The position numbers and the translations under genes are program-made. From Candidatus Berkelbacteria bacterium (GTDB lineage Bacteria > Patescibacteriota > UBA1384 > JAPLVJ01): a stretch of DNA of 53,958 bases. This document shows, piece after piece, positions 9,130 through 16,700 of the stretch (the stretch's first letter is position 1; each line of letters starts with the position of its first letter). The stretch covers positions 1 through 53,958 of the forward strand of contig JAPLVJ010000052.1 of assembly GCA_026397155.1 (NCBI GenBank), given 5' to 3'. The notes under the pieces were generated by a model that was not told the origin of the DNA, did no database searches, and was given only the letters and a program-made list of their open reading frames with translations.

Positions 9130-10119
9130 TTATCTTGGCTTGACAAAAATCATTTTCCCCGCAACGGTTTGATAGATTCTTTCCACCGAAGAATCTATTT
9201 CCTTTCCTACAAATTTCTCCCCATCTTCAACTACAATCATAGTCCCGTCAGGCAAATAACCAACTCCCTGACCCTTTTCTTTTCCCGCGGCTACAACCTT
9301 TACCTTAAGCATTTCTCCTGGTAGCACAATCGGCTTCAAAGCATTGGCTAACTCATTAATATTCAAAACCTCTATACCTGAAATTTCAGCTACTCTGTTT
9401 AGATTATAATCAGAGGTTAAAAGTTGTGCATGTCTAACTTTAGCCAATTTGACTAATTTTTTATCTGCCTGTCTTTCTTTAAAATCTGTTTCAATAATTT
9501 CAGTTTTGATATGAGGATTTTTAGACAATCTTGAAATAACATCCAACCCCCTCCTACCTCGCGCCCTTTTCAAGTCATCCCCTAAATCCGAGATTTTTTG
9601 CATTTCATCTAATACAAAACGAGGAATAATTAATTTACCTAAAATAAATCGCGTTTCTGCTAATTGTTCGATTCTACCATCAATAAAAGCTGATGTGTCA
9701 ACAATGATTTCTGCTTCTTTCAAACGTTGGTTAGGGTCTTCCTCTTCAAATCTCCTGGCTACAATAGAAAACAATCTACCAAAAAAATTTGTCCAGCTAT
9801 GTGCTTGAGATAAAGCAAAATCAAGTAAGGCAGCTGCAACTGCTATACGAACAATAATAGGCACCCACAAACCCCAAGGTCTTGCTAACTGACTCAATGG
9901 AGAACCTAAAAGATCACCTAAAACTAAACCGATTAAAAGACCTACTAAACCAATGATAACATAAGAAGATTGAAATTTTAAAAGTCTTCTTAAGATACTT
10001 AAACTGATAATGCCAATGACTAAAAGAATGATAAATACATTAATGTCGGATAAATACGAACCTACCGCCGGCAGAACCTTGTTTTGCTCGGCAGCACTCG
10101 CAAAATACAACGCTTTCAT
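9130..10119 (-). CDS. yacL: PIN/TRAM domain membrane protein (YacL family)
   Basis: 329 aa with N-terminal TM helices, a PIN-like domain (IIVDTSAFIDGR) and a C-terminal TRAM-like beta domain. It lies downstream of radA, as in Firmicutes. Confidence 0.8.
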   Translation of the reverse strand: MKALYFASAAEQNKVLPAVGSYLSDINVFIILLVIGIISLSILRRLLKFQSSYVIIGLVGLLIGLVLGDLLGSPLSQLARPWGLWVPIIVRIAVAAALLDFALSQAHSWTNFFGRLFSIVARRFEEEDPNQRLKEAEIIVDTSAFIDGRIEQLAETRFILGKLIIPRFVLDEMQKISDLGDDLKRARGRRGLDVISRLSKNPHIKTEIIETDFKERQADKKLVKLAKVRHAQLLTSDYNLNRVAEISGIEVLNINELANALKPIVLPGEMLKVKVVAAGKEKGQGVGYLPDGTMIVVEDGEKFVGKEIDSSVERIYQTVAGKMIFVKPR

Positions 10120-10156
10120 AATACCTCCAATTATTTATAGCTTATTCCTCTAATTT

Positions 10157-11476
10157 TTAAGGTTCAATTGCTATTTTTAAGGCTTTTTCTAAATAATGTA
10201 CCATAGGTCCAATAACGTGATCGTACCCCAGTGCTTTTGCTTCCTTTGTTCTTCTATTTAACTGCATTACCTCGCGGATTTCTCCGGAAAGACCAACCTC
10301 ACCCAATAAAACCGCGTTAGATCTAATTTTCTTATTCTGAAAAGCTGAATAAAGACAGGCACAAATAGCTAAATCGGTTGCACGATCCTCAATTTTCATT
10401 CCTCCTACTATATTAATATAAACATCATATAAAGATAAGGGGATCTTCATTTTTCTTTCTAAAACAGCCAAAAGTAAATCTAAACGCCTCAAATCAAAAC
10501 CAGAAACCGTCCGTTTTGGATAACCAAAAGGACTTTTTGAGATTAACGCTTGAATTTCAACCAAAAAAGCACGAGTGCCGGATAATATAGATGTAACTGC
10601 TGATCCTGGGCTTTCAATTTTTTCTTCTAAAAATATTTTTGAAGGATTTTTAACCTCACTAAGTCCTTTCTCTGTCATTTCGAAAACGCCGACTTCTTCT
10701 GTTGCCCCAAATCTATTTTTTGTGTCATGTAAAAGACGCAAGTTCTGTAATCTTTCCCCTTCCAAATACAAAACAACATCAACTAAATGCTCTAAGGTTT
10801 TTGGGCCGGCGACCGAACCATCTTTAGTTATGTGCCCAATCATAATGATCGGGATATCCTTTGATTTTGCCACTTGTTGTAGTTTAAGAGCACATTCGCG
10901 AACTTGAACAATACTGCCTGGAGTAGAAGGGTATGTCTCATCGTACATAGTTTGAATAGAATCTATAATCAAAAGCTCTGGAAGTGCCTTCTGATCCATT
11001 GTAGACAATGATTGGATGACAAAATCAACATTTGTCTCAGAAAGAAGATAAATCCCTTCTGAATTGATCTTAAGGCGCTCTGCTCTCATTTTTAGCTGCT
11101 CTTTTGATTCTTCTCCAGAAACATATAGAACTTTTTTGTTTTTATGTTTTGTCGCAGAAGAAACAATCTGTAATAATAGTGTACTTTTTCCGATACCAGG
11201 CTCGCCACCCAATAATATTACCGACCCTGGAACTATTCCCCCTCCCAAAACACGATCAAATTCGGCGCTAAAAGTCGGCACACGTTGATACTGCTCAATT
11301 TTAATACTGCTTAATTTTTCCGGTTTAACATCTTTGTCAATAGAAGATCTTGTAACCGGGGTAACGGAAATTTCAGACATTGTGTTCCATTCTCCACAAA
11401 CAGAACATCGCCCAGTCCACTTTAGAGATTCATTTCCGCAACTTTTACAAACATATATTGTGTTTAATTTGGGCAT
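10157..11476 (-). CDS. radA: DNA repair protein RadA/Sms
   Basis: 439 aa with an N-terminal zinc ribbon CKSCGN..CSVCGEWNT, Walker A GEPGIGKST, a KNRFG motif and a Lon-protease-like C-terminal domain. Confidence 0.95.
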   Translation of the reverse strand: MPKLNTIYVCKSCGNESLKWTGRCSVCGEWNTMSEISVTPVTRSSIDKDVKPEKLSSIKIEQYQRVPTFSAEFDRVLGGGIVPGSVILLGGEPGIGKSTLLLQIVSSATKHKNKKVLYVSGEESKEQLKMRAERLKINSEGIYLLSETNVDFVIQSLSTMDQKALPELLIIDSIQTMYDETYPSTPGSIVQVRECALKLQQVAKSKDIPIIMIGHITKDGSVAGPKTLEHLVDVVLYLEGERLQNLRLLHDTKNRFGATEEVGVFEMTEKGLSEVKNPSKIFLEEKIESPGSAVTSILSGTRAFLVEIQALISKSPFGYPKRTVSGFDLRRLDLLLAVLERKMKIPLSLYDVYINIVGGMKIEDRATDLAICACLYSAFQNKKIRSNAVLLGEVGLSGEIREVMQLNRRTKEAKALGYDHVIGPMVHYLEKALKIAIEP

Positions 11477-11479
11477 TTT

Positions 11480-13426
11480 TTACTCATGTCTTAATGCTTC
11501 AAGTGGTGAAAGTTTTGAAGCTCGGAAAGCAGGATAAATACTAGAAGTCCAAGCAACAAAATACGAGAATAGAAGTATTATTATAGCAAATTTATAAGGA
11601 GTTACAAATGGAATTAAAGCTTCAACCTCACCGCTCCTTTGCATTAATATCTTAATAATGTAATTAAAACACTGACCCACTAAAAATCCTGTTGCTATCC
11701 CCCCAAGCCCACCAAATATCCCAAAAAGGCAAGCTTCATAGATAAATAATCGCTTAATATCGCGGTTGCTAACACCAATTGCCTTCATAATACCGATTTC
11801 TTTAGTTCTCTCAAGAAGCGAGATAACCATAGTATTTAAGATACCAAAAGAAGCAACTATAAATGCAATTGCCCCAATTGTACCTAAGACTAACTGGATA
11901 ATTAAGAATGCTTTATCTACCTGATCTATTAACTCAGAAGCAGAAGATGCCTCTAAACCAAGATTTTTAATTGATTCCACTGTTTCAGATATTTTCTTAC
12001 GATCTCTTACTTTTACGTCCAATGAGCTATAAACTTTATGGCCTTCTGGGGCAATGGTTGAAATTGGAACAAAAACCTCGGGCGTTGTTTTCTCACCAGA
12101 GATACCAACAACAGTCATTTCTAAATTTTTAAACGTAAAATCATCTTGAATAACATCAAACTTAATTGATTTATTTATAACTGAATTTTCGTCTTTAATA
12201 TCAAAAGCCTTCAATACACTTTTCGAAACTATTGCCTCTTTTGCATTGTCGGCAGAAAATACTCTACCGTTCTCAATATTTATCTGCTCAAATTTTATAT
12301 TGGCAGGCTCAACACCAGTAAGTGTTATCGAGGTTGAAGTTTCTAATAATTTCCCAGAAGCAATTAAATTTATCATCGGAGATGCCAACTCAACATTATC
12401 AAAACTTTTGATCTTCTGAACTTGACCATCATCTATTTTTACTGTTTTATTCTGAGGCTGAGAAACAGAAATTGTATTTAAAGCCTCAAAATCAGCTAAT
12501 CTTTCTGTAGTTATTTTTTGCAAACCAAACCCCAAAGAAACCAAAAGCACAATCGCCGAGATACCAACTACTATTCCTGACAAGGTTAAAAACGTTCTAG
12601 ACTTAACAAAACGGAAGTGTTTATATGCTAAAGAGATAATATCTCTCATTCTCATATTTGTTTTGATTTTTGAAGGAACAAAATACGATAAATTCGGAAA
12701 ACGACCCATTTCGCCAATTTTCATCCTCATTTTTGAAGGAACTTGATCTTCTTTTTCAATCTTGCCATCCTTCATATATAATATCCGATCAGCCAAGGCA
12801 AAATAGGCTGAATTATGAGTAACCAACAAAATTGTTCTTTTATATTTCCTATTAAGCTCAGCCAGTAAAGACATAACTTCCCAGCCAGATCTTTCATCCA
12901 AATTACCCGTTGGTTCATCAACTAAGAGAATCTTTGGGTTAGTTACTAGGGCCCTTGCGATAGCCGCCCTTTGCTGCTCACCCCCAGACAATTCTGATGG
13001 GAAATGGTTAATTCTATCCTTAAGACCGACAACTTCTAGTAATTCTTTTGCTCTTTTCTGTCTTTCTTTTTTAGATATACCTGAAAAATTTAATGGCAGC
13101 GCCACATTATCAAGTATTGTCAAAGAGGAAATTAGATCAAAATTTTGAAAAACCATCCCAATGCTATTTCTTCTAAACTTAACTAGACCAGACGGTTTTA
13201 GTTTTTTTAAATTCTCCCCTCCAATAAAAATATCCCCACTATCATAATCTTCCAACCGATCAATCATATTTAAAAGGGTTGATTTCCCGCAACCAGAAGG
13301 ACCCCAGATAACTAAAAATTCACCTGCATAAAGAGAGAAATTTATTCCTTGAAGAGCTTTAATATAAACCTGGCCGATTTTAAAGTCTTTGTATAAGTTT
13401 TGAACTCCGATAACTGGTACTCGCAT
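11480..13426 (-). CDS. Fused ABC transporter with an N-terminal ATPase and a C-terminal MacB/FtsX-type 4-TM permease carrying a large extracytoplasmic domain
   Basis: It has Walker A GPSGCGKST, signature LSGGEQQR and Walker B LLVDEPTGNLD. After TM1 comes an extracytoplasmic domain of about 210 aa and then three TM helices (FtsX-like). I prefer the ATG at 13426 (MRVPVIG..), which lies 1 nt after the upstream stop (TGAtATG) and has a GGGGTG-like SD. The listed ORF start at 13456 is less likely. Confidence 0.88.
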   Translation of the reverse strand: MRVPVIGVQNLYKDFKIGQVYIKALQGINFSLYAGEFLVIWGPSGCGKSTLLNMIDRLEDYDSGDIFIGGENLKKLKPSGLVKFRRNSIGMVFQNFDLISSLTILDNVALPLNFSGISKKERQKRAKELLEVVGLKDRINHFPSELSGGEQQRAAIARALVTNPKILLVDEPTGNLDERSGWEVMSLLAELNRKYKRTILLVTHNSAYFALADRILYMKDGKIEKEDQVPSKMRMKIGEMGRFPNLSYFVPSKIKTNMRMRDIISLAYKHFRFVKSRTFLTLSGIVVGISAIVLLVSLGFGLQKITTERLADFEALNTISVSQPQNKTVKIDDGQVQKIKSFDNVELASPMINLIASGKLLETSTSITLTGVEPANIKFEQINIENGRVFSADNAKEAIVSKSVLKAFDIKDENSVINKSIKFDVIQDDFTFKNLEMTVVGISGEKTTPEVFVPISTIAPEGHKVYSSLDVKVRDRKKISETVESIKNLGLEASSASELIDQVDKAFLIIQLVLGTIGAIAFIVASFGILNTMVISLLERTKEIGIMKAIGVSNRDIKRLFIYEACLFGIFGGLGGIATGFLVGQCFNYIIKILMQRSGEVEALIPFVTPYKFAIIILLFSYFVAWTSSIYPAFRASKLSPLEALRHE

Positions 13427-13427
13427 A

Positions 13428-13697
13428 TCACCCCTTTTGCTCAATTTCAGATTCAATTTCAGCTAGCTCTTTTTCAATATCAATTAAAGAAAGGAAAAAT
13501 TCATAAATCCCAAAACCGACAACTATGATGACGCAACCGACCAAGAATAAGAAGATATCAAACAAGATTAATTTGGATAATTTCGCTTCTTCAATTAGAA
13601 AAGGTAGTAAAAAAATGAGAACGATAAAAGCTAATCCAACAACAAAACTGATAATCAAAAATATCCAGGCCGTAATTTTGATTAATAAATTTTTCAC
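13428..13697 (-). CDS. Small two-TM membrane protein with an acidic coiled C-terminal tail (hypothetical)
   Basis: 89 aa with a GTG start at 13697, preceded by AGGAG with a 4-nt spacer, 12 nt after the giant gene stop. It has two long hydrophobic helices and then an EKELAEIESEIEQKG tail. Confidence 0.65.
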   Translation of the reverse strand: MKNLLIKITAWIFLIISFVVGLAFIVLIFLLPFLIEEAKLSKLILFDIFLFLVGCVIIVVGFGIYEFFLSLIDIEKELAEIESEIEQKG

Positions 13698-13709
13698 TAC
13701 TCTCCTAAT

Positions 13710-16700
13710 TTACGTCTGAAACCATCTTGCAACTGAACCAAGAGCTTTTTGTAAGGTGTTTAAAATTAATTGCAGAATACTCTTTTCATCTGGAACGCCA
13801 GGAGTAGTAATCGTCTGCTCGCCAGAACTTGACGATCCACCTTCTTCAACTGCAGAGCTAACCTTATATTTATAAGTTTGACTTGGCTTCAAATCACTAA
13901 GAGTGGTTGTATGAGTTTGATTCAAACCATCTAAATCAATTGTTTTTCCTTCAATCTCAATCTCACCTTTGGATAATTTATCTGTCTGCCATGAAACAAG
14001 AACTTCTATTTTATCTTTGGCAATGCTCAAGGTTTTACTCTTGATATCCGAAATAAGCGGCGGAGTTGAATCAATTCCTGCTGGATGCACTGACACCGTT
14101 CCGTCTATACCACTAACTCTGTAATAATAGGTCTGATTATTCTGTAAATCTCTGTCAATAAAGTAGTCCTTACCTGTAACATTAGCAATATCTCTGAAAC
14201 TTTTACCGTCTGTGGATCGCTGTAAACTGAAGGTATTCTTATTGGCCACTGCAACAAATACTTGGTATTTCTTAGCTTCTGGACTAGATACATCAAAAGC
14301 AGCCATTGAAGATGATAATTGTAGAGGAGATTTTACTAATCCTAATTTATCTAATACTGGTGCGGCAATCACTTTCTTTATCCATTCAAAAGATTTTTGT
14401 AAAGTCTTCAAGATTATATCAAGTACAGATTCTTGTTTCAAAGAAGCAACTGTGGTAAATGTCATATCACCAGATTCAATTTGATTTCCGTAAATATCTT
14501 TGGACATAACAGAATAATGGTAGGTTGTTGATGATTTAAGATCAGGCAAGATAACTGTATGCCCAGTATTTAATTTACTATCCAAATCAGTTTGGTTGGC
14601 TTTAGCTCCCCCTAGACCATAAAATACTAGTGATGTAGTTGGCCGATCTGTTTTCCAACTTATAATTGCTGTTGTTTTATTATCTTTACTGACAACTTTA
14701 GAAGGAATGGCTCTAACATCAGAAATATTTGGTTTTAATGAGGATTTTGATACTAGTTCAACGCTGACTTTATCACTTCCACTCACGTTCCCCGCATTAT
14801 CATAAGCTTTAACTTGGTATGAATAAGTTTTTTCCTGTAGTTTTTGATCAACATAATAATTATCACTCGTTGTACCTACTTTTTGGCCATCGCGATAGAT
14901 TTCATATTCTTTAAGACCAGAAAGCCCATCTGTTGAGGCAGCAAAATCAATGAAAGTTTCATAAACTCCAGCAATACGATTTGAAACATCAAAAACTTTC
15001 AATCCACCTGGTCTTGATGGAGCTTCAGTATCCAATCGAAATGAACAAATTGAAGAACTTTCGCCAATATTACCAGCAGTGCCTCTGGCTTTAACCCAAA
15101 CATAATAAGTACCGTTGCGACTTAAACTTCTACTGAATGTTGTGTTTGCTGTCTCTTCGCCATTAACCACATCAGCTGACGAATCAGAAGTACCAAAATA
15201 AACCAGATAAGATCTAACTCCTGCTCCACCCGCATCCGTGGCCGCATCCCACCTTAATTCTATAGTCTGATTATTGGTCAAATTAAGATCTTTATTGGTT
15301 AGGTTATTAACAACTAAATTATTGACTTTGGTTGGCGGAATTAAGTCTATATTAAACTGCCGAGTGGTGGTTGATTTTGTGTGACCAAGATTGTCAAAAG
15401 CTTTAACATACCAGGTATGAGAGCTGATAGAAAGACCCGAAACCGAAGCAGAAGTAGCAGAAGAAGAAATATTATCTAAAGAAAGCGCATCATCTATATA
15501 TAATTGATACTTTGTTAATCCAGAAAGAGAACTGGCATTTTCCCATTGGAAAGTAACTGAAGTGGAATTTACCCAAGAATTAGCCGCTGGTGAGTAAAGA
15601 GAGAAATCCCCTGGTCCGGTGACATCTAAAATAATAACATCACTATAAGCTGTGGAAACATTACCAACAGTATCATTATATTGAACATAAACACTTTTAG
15701 TACCGTCGCCGTCTGACAAAATCCAGGTCTTGCCCACTCCATAATCTTCCCATGAAGAGTAAGTTAAATTGTCGTTAGAAAATCTCATTTTAGAGAGCTC
15801 TGCCCCGCCAGTATCTGTGGCAGAAAGAGTGAGATTGACCGAGGTAGAAGCCGTGGCGGCCGCTCCAGCATTAATAATTACTGAACCACTAGGAGCAGTG
15901 GTATCCAGTATTAAAGCAGAGCTGGAGGTATAATTTCCGCTGTTTCCGGCATTATCTTTCGCCTTAACGGATAAATAGTAAGTTCCTTGGGACAAAACTG
16001 TTGGAGTGTAATTAAGAACATCTCCAATACTTGTTTCACTCAGAATCTGACTTCCACCGCTGGTTGTTCCAATCTTAACATAATAACCTTCTATCTCTGA
16101 CCCGCCAGTATCGACGGCTGCCTCCCAACTCCAAGTCGGTGTAGTATCGTTGGTAGGCGAGGTAGCTGAAGGAGTGGTGGTTCCCGGAGGCGTACCATCA
16201 TAAATAATACTGTCAGAATATATTGAACTAGTATTAGTCGCATTATCTTTATATTGAACATAGACAGTTTTAGTACCATCTTCGCTAGTTAAATCCCAGG
16301 ATTTACTAGTACTATAGGCTTCAAAAGCCAACCAATCTGTTCCATTATTAGAAAGACGCATTTGATAAACCCCTGAACCACCAATATCAGAAGCAGATAA
16401 AGTCAAATCAACTGAGGTGGTGTCTGTATATAACTGACCACTGGCAATAGAAATCGAACCTGTTGGGGCAATGGTATCCAAAGTAATAGTGTCCGAAATT
16501 GGATTAGATTCATTATTAGCATTATCTTTAAATTTGGCATAAACAGTTTTTACGCCTTCACCATTGGTCAGGTTCCAGGACTTTGTTGTGTTATAATTTT
16601 CCCAATCAGAATATGCAGAACCGTCATTAGAAAACGCCATTTGATATAATCCTGAACCGCCAGTATCTGAAGCCGTCAAAGTCAAAGTAGCGCCGATAGA

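Noticed and set aside
9124-9324. 66-aa plus-strand ORF immediately after the PBP gene
   Set aside because: It is antisense to the conserved TRAM domain end of yacL, has a TTG-type start and carries no signals.
10575-11288. Antisense ORFs (110 aa and 74 aa) within radA
   Set aside because: They lie opposite a strongly conserved gene, and their Ser/Pro/Cys-rich sequence is typical of antisense translation.
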